DNA of 64,000 nt from an uncultured Actinomycetota bacterium (GCA_963781675.1 CAWAGF010000006.1:534192-598191); one strand, 5' to 3'; positions 9,786-22,056 are shown, counted from the first letter of the stretch. Made by a program: numbers and translations. Notes: generated by a model not told the origin, from the letters alone.

Positions 9786-9913
9786 GCCCGCGCCGGACCA
9801 CCGCACGGGTGGCGCAGGTCACGTCCGGCCGGCTCGCGGGCGGCTCGTCGTACGGAACAATGGGTTGATCGCTGCGCGTTCTGCGGAGCGGACCAGACCG
9901 TCGACGTCGAGGA

Positions 9914-11407
9914 GTGCTCGTGGCGCGCCCAGGGACCGAGGACCGCCCGCTGCGGGTGGCGATCGTCGGCGCCGGCCCGGCCGGCATCTACGCCGCCGAC
10001 GTGCTGATGAAGAGCGACACCCCCGTCTCGATCGACCTGTACGAGCGCCAGCCGGCGCCGTTCGGCCTGATCCGCTACGGCGTCGCGCCGGACCACCCGC
10101 GCATCAAGGGCATCGTCAAGGCGCTGCACCAGGTGCTGTCCAAGCCCGAGATCCGCCTGCTGGGCAACGTCGAGTACGGCGTGGACGTCAAGCTCGACGA
10201 CCTGCGCCGCTACTACGACGCGGTGGTCTTCACGACCGGCGCCGAGAAGGACCGCGACCTCGACGTCCCCGGCGTCGACCTGCCGGGCAGCTTCGGCGGC
10301 GCGGACTTCGTCTCGTGGTTCGACGGCCACCCGGACGTTCCGCGCGAGTGGCCGCTCGAGGCGGAGTCGATCGCGGTCGTCGGCGCCGGCAACGTCGGGC
10401 TCGACGTCGCCCGGATGCTCAGCAAGACCGCCGACGAGCTGCTCGTCACCGAGATCCCGGACAACGTCTACCAGGGGCTCAAGGCCTCGCCGGTGCGCGA
10501 GGTGCACGTCTTCGCCCGCCGTGGCCCGGCGCAGGCGAAGTTCACCCCGCTCGAGCTCCGCGAGCTCGACCACTCGCCGAACGTCGAGGTGCTGGTCAAC
10601 CCCGAGGACATCGAGTACGACGACGGCTCGGTCGCGGCGATCAACAGCGACAACCAGACCAAGCTCGTCGTGCGCGAGCTGGAGAAGTACGCGATGCGCA
10701 CCGCCGAGCACGGCGAGGGAGAGCGCCCGCGCAAGCTGTGGCTGCACTTCTTCGAGTCGCCCGTGGAGATCACCGGCGACGGCAGGGTCGAGGGCTTCCG
10801 CACCGAGCGCACCGAGCTGACCGGCGACGGCAACGTCACGGGCACCGGCGTCTTCCACGACTGGCCCGTGCAGGCGGTCTACCGCTGCGTCGGCTACCGC
10901 TCCACCGAGCTGCCCGGCCTGCCGTGGGACAGCAGCAACCACGTCGTGCCGCACGCCAAGGGCCGGGTGCTCGACCTCGACGGCACGCCGATCCCGGGCG
11001 TCTACGTCAACGGCTGGGTCAAGCGCGGCCCGGTCGGGCTGATCGGCCACACCAAGGGCGACGCGATCGAGACGGTCGGCTCCATGCTCGAGGACCTGGA
11101 CGCGATGCCGGCGGCCGCCGAGCCGTCCGTCGAGGCCGTCACCGAGTTCCTCGCCGCCCGCGGGGTCGCCTACACGACCTGGGACGGCTGGCAGCTGCTG
11201 GACGCCCACGAGCTCTCCCTGGGCGCGGCCTTCGGGCCGGTCGGCGATCAGCCGCGCGAGCGCGTGAAGGTCGTCGACCGCGAGACCATGGTCGAGGTCT
11301 CCCGCGCCGTGCAGGCCGTCGAGGACGGCGAGCCCGGCGCGGAGCAGCGCCTGGACGACGCGCTCGAAGCCGCCGACGCGCAGATCGCGGCGAACACCCC
11401 CTCCTGA
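9914..11407 (+). CDS. fprA: Ferredoxin-NADP+ reductase (adrenodoxin reductase-like)
   Basis: GAGPAG, GLIRYGVAPDH, GAGNVGLDVAR, GWVKRGPVGLIG. Confidence 0.9.
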   Translation: MLVARPGTEDRPLRVAIVGAGPAGIYAADVLMKSDTPVSIDLYERQPAPFGLIRYGVAPDHPRIKGIVKALHQVLSKPEIRLLGNVEYGVDVKLDDLRRYYDAVVFTTGAEKDRDLDVPGVDLPGSFGGADFVSWFDGHPDVPREWPLEAESIAVVGAGNVGLDVARMLSKTADELLVTEIPDNVYQGLKASPVREVHVFARRGPAQAKFTPLELRELDHSPNVEVLVNPEDIEYDDGSVAAINSDNQTKLVVRELEKYAMRTAEHGEGERPRKLWLHFFESPVEITGDGRVEGFRTERTELTGDGNVTGTGVFHDWPVQAVYRCVGYRSTELPGLPWDSSNHVVPHAKGRVLDLDGTPIPGVYVNGWVKRGPVGLIGHTKGDAIETVGSMLEDLDAMPAAAEPSVEAVTEFLAARGVAYTTWDGWQLLDAHELSLGAAFGPVGDQPRERVKVVDRETMVEVSRAVQAVEDGEPGAEQRLDDALEAADAQIAANTPS

Positions 11408-11513
11408 CCGGGCAGGAGCCGCCCAGCGGCACGTCGTGGCCGGTCGCCCGGTCTCGTCGCGACCGGCGCTGCTCGCCTCGTACGACCAGGCGCGCAGCGG
11501 ATCCCCCGTGCAA

Positions 11514-12752
11514 CTACCCGCGAGCGAGGCCGAGGAACGCCGGGCGGAAGCCAGGGAAGACCTGCGCGAGGGCGCTCTCCGGCACCCGCGCCCGCCGAAC
11601 GAGCAGCTCGCCGACGACCGAGCGGAAGTCGGTCGTGCCGGCCAGGTCGCCGTGGTCCAGCGCCGCCTCCGTGAGCCCGGGCCAGCGGCCGTGGACCTTG
11701 CCGCCGACGACCCCGCCGCCCATGACCAGCATGGCGTTGCCGAAGCCGTGGTCCACGCCGCCGGAGCCGTTCTCCTTGGCCCGCCGGCCGAACTCGCTGA
11801 TGGTCAGCAGCGTGACGCGCGACAGGTCGGTGCCGAGGTCGGTGGCGAAGGCGAGCAGCGCGGCCGCGAGCTCGCCGGCCTTGTCCGCCATCCAGCCGGT
11901 GCCGGCACGGCCGAGGCCGGAGTGCATGTCCCAGTCGCCGAGGTCGACGCAGGCGGCCTGCAGGCCGTTGCCGGCACGGACGAGGCGGGCCACGTCCGCG
12001 AGCGCCCGGCCCAGGTCGCTGTCCGGGTAGGCCGCGCCGTTGCGGGGCGTGGCGTCGGTGGTGACGACGGCCTCGGCGGTGCGCACGGCGTCGAGAGTGA
12101 GCCGCGCGGCCGGCACCTGCGGCGAGTCGACGCCGGTGTGCAGGGCGGAGAGGGCGGTCGTCAGGCGCGGTCCGACCCAGTCGGAGGAGGCGAGTGCGAA
12201 GCGCTTGAGGCTGCGGGCCGCCAGCTCGGGCTCGGGACCGGCGAGCAGCCGGCCCGGGGTGCCGGAGCCGAGGCGGGCAGCCTGGAACACCGCACCGGTG
12301 CCGGTGACGCCGAGGACCCGGTCCAGCCAGCCGGTGCGCAGCGTGGTGCCGGGCGCGGCCCGCTCCAGCTCCTCGGTGGCCGCGAAGTGGGAGCGCGAGC
12401 CGTCCGGGCTGCCCACCGCGTGGACGGCGCCGAGCGTGCCGGCGTCCCACAGCGGCTTGAGCGGCGCGAGGCCGGGGTGCAGCACGAACATGCGGTCGCC
12501 GGTCGGGACGCCGGTCGAGGCGGGGATGCCGATCGTCGGGCGCAGGCGCGCGTAGTCGGGGTCGCCCACCGGGGCGATCAGGGAGAGCCCGTCCATGCCA
12601 CCGCGCAGGCTGAGCACGACGAGGACGTCGCCTGCGGCGTCGGCGGCGTACGCCGTCCGGACCGACACGGCGCCGGTCGCCGCGACGACGCCCAGCCCCT
12701 GGAGGAAGCGGCGGCGGGACAGGCCGCGCGCCTCGTCGCAGCAGGCGCTCAT
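11514..12752 (-). CDS. DUF1501 family Tat-exported protein
   Basis: SRRRFLQ Tat motif; LRGGMDGLS, SRSHF, GDWDMH, SEFGRR..ENGSGGVDHG; ATGA overlap with DUF1800. Confidence 0.9.
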   Translation of the reverse strand: MSACCDEARGLSRRRFLQGLGVVAATGAVSVRTAYAADAAGDVLVVLSLRGGMDGLSLIAPVGDPDYARLRPTIGIPASTGVPTGDRMFVLHPGLAPLKPLWDAGTLGAVHAVGSPDGSRSHFAATEELERAAPGTTLRTGWLDRVLGVTGTGAVFQAARLGSGTPGRLLAGPEPELAARSLKRFALASSDWVGPRLTTALSALHTGVDSPQVPAARLTLDAVRTAEAVVTTDATPRNGAAYPDSDLGRALADVARLVRAGNGLQAACVDLGDWDMHSGLGRAGTGWMADKAGELAAALLAFATDLGTDLSRVTLLTISEFGRRAKENGSGGVDHGFGNAMLVMGGGVVGGKVHGRWPGLTEAALDHGDLAGTTDFRSVVGELLVRRARVPESALAQVFPGFRPAFLGLARG

Positions 12753-14359
12753 CGCACGCTCCAGGCAGGGGAGTCGAGCAGCAGCGCGACGAGGACGGGG
12801 AAGATGCCGACGTCGCTGTCGCGCACCGGGCCGGGTCCGCCGAGGAAGGCGACCAGGGCGTCGCGGTGCCCCGCGGGGAGGACGGTGCCGGGCATCAGCC
12901 GCGCCGCGGCGGCGGTCACCAGGTCGGCGCGGGTGGCGGGGCGGGGGCCGGGCAGCAGCCGGGCGAACAGGTTCGTGCCGGGGTAGACGAGCCCCTCCTT
13001 CCACCAGGCCATCGTCAGGCCGGCGTGGACGTTCCAGCGGCCGAGGACCGTCCCGGTGCCGGTCCACGCGGACGCGACGTCGGGGTAGCCGTCCGGCGGG
13101 TGCCAGCCGAAGGGCGCGTGCCCCATCTCGTGCAGCTCCCAGCACAGGTCGGCGACGGCCTCGCTGCCGCTGGCGGCCGGCACGATCCCGAGCGCGCGGA
13201 CGCTGGCGACGACGTCCTCGTACGGCCGGCGGTACTTCTGCCCGGCGCTCGCGGCGAACTCCGGGCTCGTGAGCAGCGCGCGCAGCACCGGCACGACCGC
13301 GGTGCCGGAGGCGAGGTAGACCGCGGCGAGCCGGTCCACCAGCGCGGGCGGCGGGGTGTCGGAGACGAAGCGGACGCAGAGCTTGGACGCGATGCGCCGG
13401 GCCGTGGCCGGGTGGGCGGCGAGGTGGCGCAGCAGGCTGTCGCCGACTGCGACGCCCTCCGCAGCGGAGGTGTTCGGGTGCGACCAGCCGAGCACCGACA
13501 GCGGCCCCACGTGGTGCCACTCCGGGCGGTACCGGAAGGTCCCGAGGTTCGCGGCGACGCCGCCGTTCCAGGGCGTCCAGGTGGAGCGGCCGGTCAGCGC
13601 GCGGGCGACGGCGACGACGTCGGCCTGCGTGTAGCCGGCATCGCGCCCGACGGTGTGCAGCTCGAGCAGCTCGCGGCCGTAGTTCTCGTTCGGCGCCGAG
13701 CCCTTGGACTCCGCACCGTCCAGGTAGCGCAGCATCGCCGGGGAGGACGCGCTCGCGACCAGCATGTCGCTGAAGCGGCCCAGCGCGTGCGGGCGGATGA
13801 CGTGCCGGTCGTCCCAGCCCTTGCCCGACCAGACGTCGCCGGCCGGCGCCGTCGTGTTGAGGTGGTTGGACCAGAACTCGACCATGACCTCGAACAGCTG
13901 GCGCTTGCTCCAGCAGGCCCGTACGAACGCCTGCCGGACCGTGTCCATCATGCCGGGCCAGGCGCCGAGCTCGTGCTCGGCGTGCATCTGCGGCGGGTCG
14001 GAGAAGTAGTGCGGGAACCGCCGCACGACCGCGTCGCAGGCGCTGTCGTCGAGCCGCTCCGGGGCCAGCTGCTGCTCCAGCCAGGCCGCCGGGTCGCGGG
14101 ACTCGGCCAGCAGCTCCGGCGTCAGGCCGTACGTCGTGCGCTTGAGCAGGTGACGGGTGAACGCCTCGCCGGTCGGGAGCGCGGGCGCCGCCGAGGGCGC
14201 CGGCGCGGGCGCCGCGGGAGTGCGGCGGGGGACCTGGGCGCTGACCGGTCCCAGCCTGCGGCGCTCGGCAGCGTGCGCGGCACCGGGTGCGGCCTGGACG
14301 GCGGCCAGCGCGGCGACGCCGGTCGCACCGCGCAGCAGCGCCCGTCGGCTCGTGGTCAT
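12749..14359 (-). CDS. DUF1800 family Tat-exported protein
   Basis: SRRALLR Tat motif; FWSNH, PAMLRYLD, PNENYGRELLELHTVG, PPDGYPD. Confidence 0.9.
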   Translation of the reverse strand: MTTSRRALLRGATGVAALAAVQAAPGAAHAAERRRLGPVSAQVPRRTPAAPAPAPSAAPALPTGEAFTRHLLKRTTYGLTPELLAESRDPAAWLEQQLAPERLDDSACDAVVRRFPHYFSDPPQMHAEHELGAWPGMMDTVRQAFVRACWSKRQLFEVMVEFWSNHLNTTAPAGDVWSGKGWDDRHVIRPHALGRFSDMLVASASSPAMLRYLDGAESKGSAPNENYGRELLELHTVGRDAGYTQADVVAVARALTGRSTWTPWNGGVAANLGTFRYRPEWHHVGPLSVLGWSHPNTSAAEGVAVGDSLLRHLAAHPATARRIASKLCVRFVSDTPPPALVDRLAAVYLASGTAVVPVLRALLTSPEFAASAGQKYRRPYEDVVASVRALGIVPAASGSEAVADLCWELHEMGHAPFGWHPPDGYPDVASAWTGTGTVLGRWNVHAGLTMAWWKEGLVYPGTNLFARLLPGPRPATRADLVTAAAARLMPGTVLPAGHRDALVAFLGGPGPVRDSDVGIFPVLVALLLDSPAWSVR

Positions 14360-14392
14360 GCACTGGACGTCGGGCGAACCGGACATCCGCGG

Positions 14393-14412
14393 GTTCACCC
14401 GTGCGGGTGAAC
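14393..14412. promoter_or_regulatory. Perfect palindrome upstream of DUF1800 (candidate operator)
   Basis: GTTCACCCG-TG-CGGGTGAAC. Confidence 0.5.
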
Positions 14413-14443
14413 AGGCCCCCGTGCGGATGACCGGCTCAGCCGG

Positions 14444-14707
14444 TCAGGTGGCGGTGCCGTCCTCGTCCGGCAGGACGACCGCGCCGAGCTGGTGCTCCAG
14501 CAGGCCGAGCACCTGACCGGGCCGCAGCGGCGGCGCCTCGTCGACCGGCAGCTCGTCGGCCGCCGGCTCCGGCTCGTCCACGCCGAGCGCGACCAGCCAC
14601 GCGGACGTCTCGGAGTGCCGGCGCTCCTGCACCAGCTCGTCGAGCAGGTCTTCCTCCTGCGCCGCCGGCACCGCGTCGTACAGGTCGTCGAGCTCCACGG
14701 ACCCCAT
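14444..14707 (-). CDS. Small acidic hypothetical protein
   Basis: GC3-biased ORF filling the intergenic gap; start is ATG 14707 or GTG 14698. Confidence 0.6.
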   Translation of the reverse strand: MGSVELDDLYDAVPAAQEEDLLDELVQERRHSETSAWLVALGVDEPEPAADELPVDEAPPLRPGQVLGLLEHQLGAVVLPDEDGTAT

Positions 14708-14856
14708 CCTGCCGCGCGCCTGCACATCGCCGATAATCGACACTATGTCAGGTCAGCGGGACCAGGTCCTCCCCGTGCACGACGGCGCCCGGCGCGACGA
14801 GGTGCTCAGGCTCGTCGGGCCGGGCGCAGTCGGTCGTGCAGTCCAGCGTGGTGGGG

Positions 14857-15450
14857 CTACAGGGTGAGGAAGACCTGCGCGGCGTAGACGCGCCCCGTCG
14901 ACGTGGTCACGTCGCCGACGCCGAGGTGCGTGAAGCTGGCGTTCAGGATGTTGGCGCGGTGGCCGGCGGAGCCCATCCACATCTGCACGAGCGCCTCGGG
15001 GCTGACGTTGCCGTAGGCGACGTTCTCGCCGGCACCGCGGGCACCGCAGCTGCTCATGATCGGCGACAGCGCCTGGTGGCTGAGCGCGCCGGCGGTGGCG
15101 AGCCTGCCGGCCCAGGTGTCGGCGAAGCCGTCGGCGCAGGAGGAGAAGGCCAGCGGGCGCAGGCCGCGGCTGGTGCGCTCGGCGTTGGTGAGGGCCAGGA
15201 CGCGTCCGGCGTACGAGGAGGTCGTCGCGGGACCGACCACCGGGGCGGTCACGACCGGTGCGCTCGTGCGGGGCGCCTGCACGGTGCGCGTGCGCGCGGC
15301 GCGCTTGACCCGCTTGGCCTCGGAGTTCTTGTAGGTCTTGGCCATGGCTGACACGGTGGGCAGGGAGTCGGACGCGCTGGCCGCCGACGCACTGACCGGG
15401 ACGAGCACGACACCGGCGAGGATCGCGACGGAGAGTGAACGCAGACGCAT
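14857..15450 (-). CDS. Secreted CAP (SCP) domain protein
   Basis: Signal peptide; LTNAER, GENVAYG, WMGSAGHRANIL, HLGVG. Confidence 0.92.
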   Translation of the reverse strand: MRLRSLSVAILAGVVLVPVSASAASASDSLPTVSAMAKTYKNSEAKRVKRAARTRTVQAPRTSAPVVTAPVVGPATTSSYAGRVLALTNAERTSRGLRPLAFSSCADGFADTWAGRLATAGALSHQALSPIMSSCGARGAGENVAYGNVSPEALVQMWMGSAGHRANILNASFTHLGVGDVTTSTGRVYAAQVFLTL

Positions 15451-15486
15451 GGGACCGGCCTCACCTTGGGAGCAGTTGTCCGGTTC

Positions 15487-15513
15487 TTCGGCACGACCCT
15501 TCGTCACCTTGAG
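15487..15513 (-). promoter_or_regulatory. Possible FliA/WhiG (sigma28)-type promoter of the CAP gene
   Basis: Minus strand CTCA-N17-GCCGAA. Confidence 0.5.
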
Positions 15514-15534
15514 TGACGAGGCTGGCTGCGGAGC

Positions 15535-15966
15535 GTGATGACCGCAGCGGGACGACGCACCCGCGCCGGCGTGACGCTCGCCGTCGCCGCGCTCACCCTG
15601 GCCGGCACGTTCGTCGGCCAGGACGACGACTTCCCCTTCGGGCCCTTCCGGATGTACAGCACCCGCGACGACCCCGACGGCACCGTCGTCAGCACCCGCG
15701 TGGAGGCCGTCTCCCCCGACGGCGAGGTGCTCGTGGTGGACGAGCGCTCCACCGGGCTCAAGCGCGCAGAGGTCGAGGGGCAGGTCCAGCGCTTCCGCGA
15801 CGACCCGGCGCTGCTCGGCGCGCTGTCCCGCACGCACGACCGGCTGCGCCCGGACGAGACGCCGTACGCCGAGGTGCGCGTCGTCGAGCTCCGCTACGCG
15901 CTGCGCGACAGCCGGCCGACCGGCGCCCGGACCGAGCGCGTCGTCGCGACCTGGCGGCGCCCGTGA
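15535..15966 (+). CDS. Membrane-anchored hypothetical protein (HTTM partner)
   Basis: N-terminal TM helix then DDDFPFGPFRMYS; GTGA overlap with the next gene. Confidence 0.75.
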   Translation: MMTAAGRRTRAGVTLAVAALTLAGTFVGQDDDFPFGPFRMYSTRDDPDGTVVSTRVEAVSPDGEVLVVDERSTGLKRAEVEGQVQRFRDDPALLGALSRTHDRLRPDETPYAEVRVVELRYALRDSRPTGARTERVVATWRRP

Positions 15967-16790
15967 GCTGGCTGCTCTCCCCCGCTCCCCTGGCCCGGGT
16001 CGCCGTGCTGCGGGTCGTCGTCTGCCTGTTCGTCCCGGTGGACGTCCTGCTGACGACGACGTGGGTACGGGCGCACGCGCAGGTGCCGGGCGAGCTGTAC
16101 GTCCCGCTGCGCCTCGGCCGGCTGCTCCCGCTGCCGACGCCCGGGCCGTGGGTGGAGGTCCTGCAGGTGGTGCTCGTCGCGGTGGCGCTGGCCGCCGCCG
16201 TCGCCGCCGTCCGGGACGTGCTCCCCCGGCTCACCGGCTGGCTGCTCGCGGTGCTCTACCTGGAGTGGATGGTCGTGGCCATGAGCTACGGCAAGGTCGA
16301 CCACGACCGGTTCGCCTTCCTCGTCGCGCTGTTCGTCCTGCCGAGCGTGGGCCGGGCGCCGCTGCGCTCGCGCGAGCGCACCGAGGCGGCCGGCTGGGCG
16401 CTCTCGATGGTGGCGCTGGCCGTGGTGGCGACGTACGTGCTCGCCGCCGTCGCCAAGCTCCGCTTCGGCGGGTGGGACTGGGTCGACGGCGCCACCCTCA
16501 CCCGGGCGGTCCTGCGCCGCAGCACACCGCTGTCCGAGCCGCTGCTGGACGTGCCGTGGGTGCTGCACGCCGCGCAGTACGGGATCATGACCATGGAGCT
16601 GGTCGTCGCGCCGCTGCTGCTCGTCCGCTGGCGCGACCCGCGGGTCACCTGGCTGCTCGCGCTGTCCTTCCTCGGCTTCCACCTCATGACCTTCTCGATG
16701 ATCACCATCGTCTTCCTGCCGCACTGCGTCGCGCTGCTGGCCCTGCTGCCGCTCGAACGCCTCGCCCAGCGGGAACCGGTGCCCGCATGA
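15963..16790 (+). CDS. HTTM-like polytopic membrane protein
   Basis: Multiple TM helices; SYGKVDH, YVLAAVAKL..GWDW, E-L and FHL motifs typical of HTTM/VKGC-like proteins. Confidence 0.7.
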   Translation: MSWLLSPAPLARVAVLRVVVCLFVPVDVLLTTTWVRAHAQVPGELYVPLRLGRLLPLPTPGPWVEVLQVVLVAVALAAAVAAVRDVLPRLTGWLLAVLYLEWMVVAMSYGKVDHDRFAFLVALFVLPSVGRAPLRSRERTEAAGWALSMVALAVVATYVLAAVAKLRFGGWDWVDGATLTRAVLRRSTPLSEPLLDVPWVLHAAQYGIMTMELVVAPLLLVRWRDPRVTWLLALSFLGFHLMTFSMITIVFLPHCVALLALLPLERLAQREPVPA

Positions 16791-17264
16791 GGCCCCTTGC
16801 CGTCTTCGACGTCGACGGCGTGCTCGCCGACGTCCGGCACCGGCTGCGCTTCGTCGAGGGCCGGCCCAAGGACTGGGACGCCTTCTTCGGCGCCGCCGTG
16901 GACGACCCGCCGCTCGCCAAGGGGGTGGCGCTGGCGGTCGCCAGCGCCGAGGAGTGCGAGGTCGTCTACGTGACCGGCCGGCCGGAGCGGTGCCGCGCGG
17001 ACACGCTGGCCGTGGTTCGCCCGGCACGGCCTGCCGGAGGGGACGCTGTCGATGCGCCGCAGCCGCGACTTCCGCCCCGCCCGGGTCGCCAAGCTCGAGC
17101 TGCTGCGCAGGCTGGCCGCCGACCGGACCGTGGCCGTCGCCGTGGACGACGACGAGCAGGTCTGCGACGCGTACGAGGCGGCCGGCTTCCGGGTGCTGCG
17201 GGCGCGCTGGATGGGCGAGGAGCCGGCGCTGCAGGAGGCGCAGGAGGACGAGGGTCGGACCTGA
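16787..17264 (+). CDS. HAD-superfamily phosphatase (polynucleotide kinase phosphatase-like); frameshift near 17012
   Basis: VFDVDGVLAD, VTGRPE, K..LL and VDDD motifs across two frames. Confidence 0.8.
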
Positions 17265-17286
17265 GGGCCGGACGTGACGGCCTGGA

Positions 17287-18402
17287 TCAGGCGCCCTGGG
17301 CCCTTCCCGCCAGCGCCCGCAGGACCGGCCCGGCCTTGGCGTGCGCCTCGTCCACCTCGCCGGCCGGGTCGCTGCTCCACGTGACGCCGCCCCCGGCCCA
17401 CAGGTGCACGCGCTCCTCGTCGGCGGCCACCGTGCGGATGGTCAACCCGAGGTCGAGCCCCGCGGTGGTGATCGTGCCGAAGGCCCCCATCGACGGTCCC
17501 CGGCCCACCGGCTCAAGCCCGCTCAGCAGCGCGCAGGCCGCCCGCTTGGGCGCCCCCGTCACCGAGCCGCCGGGCAGCAGCGCCCGCAGGACGTCCAGCA
17601 CCCCGGTCCCCGGCGCGAGCTGCGCGGCCACCGTCGAGGCGGCCTGCCACAGGCCGGACCACTCGTACAGCCCGAACAGCTCCTCGACCTGCACCGTCCC
17701 GGCGCGGGCGACGCGCGACAGGTCGTTGCGCTCGAGGTCGACGATCATGACGTGCTCGGCCCGGTCCTTGCTGCTCGCCCGCAGCAGCGCGTCCGAGCCG
17801 GGCGCCACCCGCAGCGTGCCCTTGATCGGGACGGTCGTGATGCGGTCGCCGACCACCCGCACCAGCTGCTCCGGCGAGGCGCACCCGACCGCCCAGCCGT
17901 CGCCGCTGAGCACTCCCCCGTAGGTCGCCCCCGGCAGCGCGGCCACCGCCGCGGCCAGGTCGCGCGGGTCGCTGCGGTGCGGCGCGCTGCGGTGGCCCAC
18001 GACGTTCGCCTGGTAGACGTCGCCGCGGGCGATCGCCTCCCGCACGACCTCCACCGCGGCGGCGTGCTCCGCGTCGGTCCAGGTGGTGGCCCACTCCCCC
18101 ACGTCCGGCCCGCCGGCCGGGGTCGGGTCCCCGCCCGGCTGCACGGCGACGGCCACCAGCTCCGGCACGGCCGGCACCGGTGTCGGCGGACCCTCCGGCA
18201 GGCCGGCCAGGCGGGCGCAGCCCTGGCCCCCGAGCAGCAGCCCGACGGCCGTCCCGTCGCGCAGGTGCTCGGCGAGGAAGCCGTCGAGCAGCGCCGCAGG
18301 GTCGCCCGTGTCGTCGGCGCGCCACTCCAGCCGGGCGACCTCGCGGTGCCACCCTGGGGACAGCCCCGGCAGCTGTCCCCCGTTGGAGCGTTCAGGCTTC
18401 AC
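17287..18402 (-). CDS. Chorismate-binding protein (PabB/TrpE component I-like)
   Basis: GDVYQAN, CASPE, PIKGT, KDRAEHVMIVDLERNDL, PGGSVTGAPK, LTIRT; start uncertain. Confidence 0.88.
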   Translation of the reverse strand: MKPERSNGGQLPGLSPGWHREVARLEWRADDTGDPAALLDGFLAEHLRDGTAVGLLLGGQGCARLAGLPEGPPTPVPAVPELVAVAVQPGGDPTPAGGPDVGEWATTWTDAEHAAAVEVVREAIARGDVYQANVVGHRSAPHRSDPRDLAAAVAALPGATYGGVLSGDGWAVGCASPEQLVRVVGDRITTVPIKGTLRVAPGSDALLRASSKDRAEHVMIVDLERNDLSRVARAGTVQVEELFGLYEWSGLWQAASTVAAQLAPGTGVLDVLRALLPGGSVTGAPKRAACALLSGLEPVGRGPSMGAFGTITTAGLDLGLTIRTVAADEERVHLWAGGGVTWSSDPAGEVDEAHAKAGPVLRALAGRAQGA

Positions 18403-18488
18403 GGAACCCGTCCGACAACGAGTGTGACGCGAAGCACAGGCACAGCTCGCACCGGATCGACCCGCAGCCCCAGACCTGGAGCACGACG

Positions 18489-18693
18489 ATGTGCAACCAC
18501 AGCCCCGCTTGCCCCGCCGCCCTCGCCGCTGACCACGACGCGGCCCGGGTGGTCAGCACTCACCCCGAGCAGGGCTGGAGCCTGCTCTGCAACGGGGTGG
18601 TGCTGTTCGAGGACACCGGCGAGATCCTGCCCGACGGACGCACGGTCGCGCCGCACCGCCCGGCCTGCCGCGTCTGGACCGCCCGCCGCGTAG
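18489..18693 (+). CDS. DUF5999 family small protein; stop apparently displaced by a 1-nt indel
   Basis: MCNHSPACP..DHDAAR..HPEQGWSLLCNGVVLFEDTGEILPDG signature; GGAG RBS. Confidence 0.85.
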
Positions 18694-18759
18694 CCCGCCC
18701 GCCGCGTAGCCCGCCCGCCTCGTCAGGCCTGCTGCTCCTCGTACGCAGTCCCTTACGCG

Positions 18760-21618
<2,859 letters not shown>

Positions 21619-21675
21619 GGGGAGGCTCCAGCGTCCGGGGCTCTCGGCGCGCGGGCGCGCAGCCGCTGCCCTCCC

Positions 21676-21877
21676 CGCTCTGTCATGGGACCTGAGAGCT
21701 TCACCCTGCTGTGCGCGTGACCAGCTGGGCTTGCACCGTCGGTGAGGCGCTCGCGCGCCTGCTTTCCAGAGTCGCCTCGCCCCGTGCGGTCCGGGTGCCT
21801 GAGAGGTTGGTGGTCCTGGGGAGGATTGCTCCTTCGGCGCCCCGCACTGGCGGTGAGGGGACTCTCCCGTACGGGGT
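21676..21877 (-). ncRNA. Tandem glycine riboswitch
   Basis: Two aptamers on the minus strand (GGAGAG..CGCCGAAGGAGCAA..CTCTCAGG and CTCTGGAAAG..CACCGACGGTGCAA..CTCTCAGG..GACAGAG) directly upstream of gcvP. Confidence 0.93.
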
Positions 21878-21983
21878 GCTCAGCGGCCGCCAGGCTACCC
21901 CGGCGGAAGGCCCCGCTCCAGCCCGCGACGCGCGGTGCGGCCCTGCCCCGGGCGCCGCGCGCTCCGAGCGCCGCGCGCTCCAG

Positions 21984-22056
21984 GTGATCCACAGAAGCTT
22001 CGACGTCCTCAGCCGCGTGGCGCACCCGAGAGGCGGCCGATCCTTCTGTGGATCAC
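21984..22056. repeat. 73-bp palindromic REP/MITE-like element, copy 2
   Basis: Same 14-bp terminal inverted repeats and same length as copies 1 and 3. Confidence 0.9.

Noticed and set aside
18356..18381. GGGGACAGC/GCTGTCCCC inverted repeat near the start of the chorismate-binding gene
   Set aside because: Single short GC-rich hairpin, possibly within coding sequence, with no second copy to support a function
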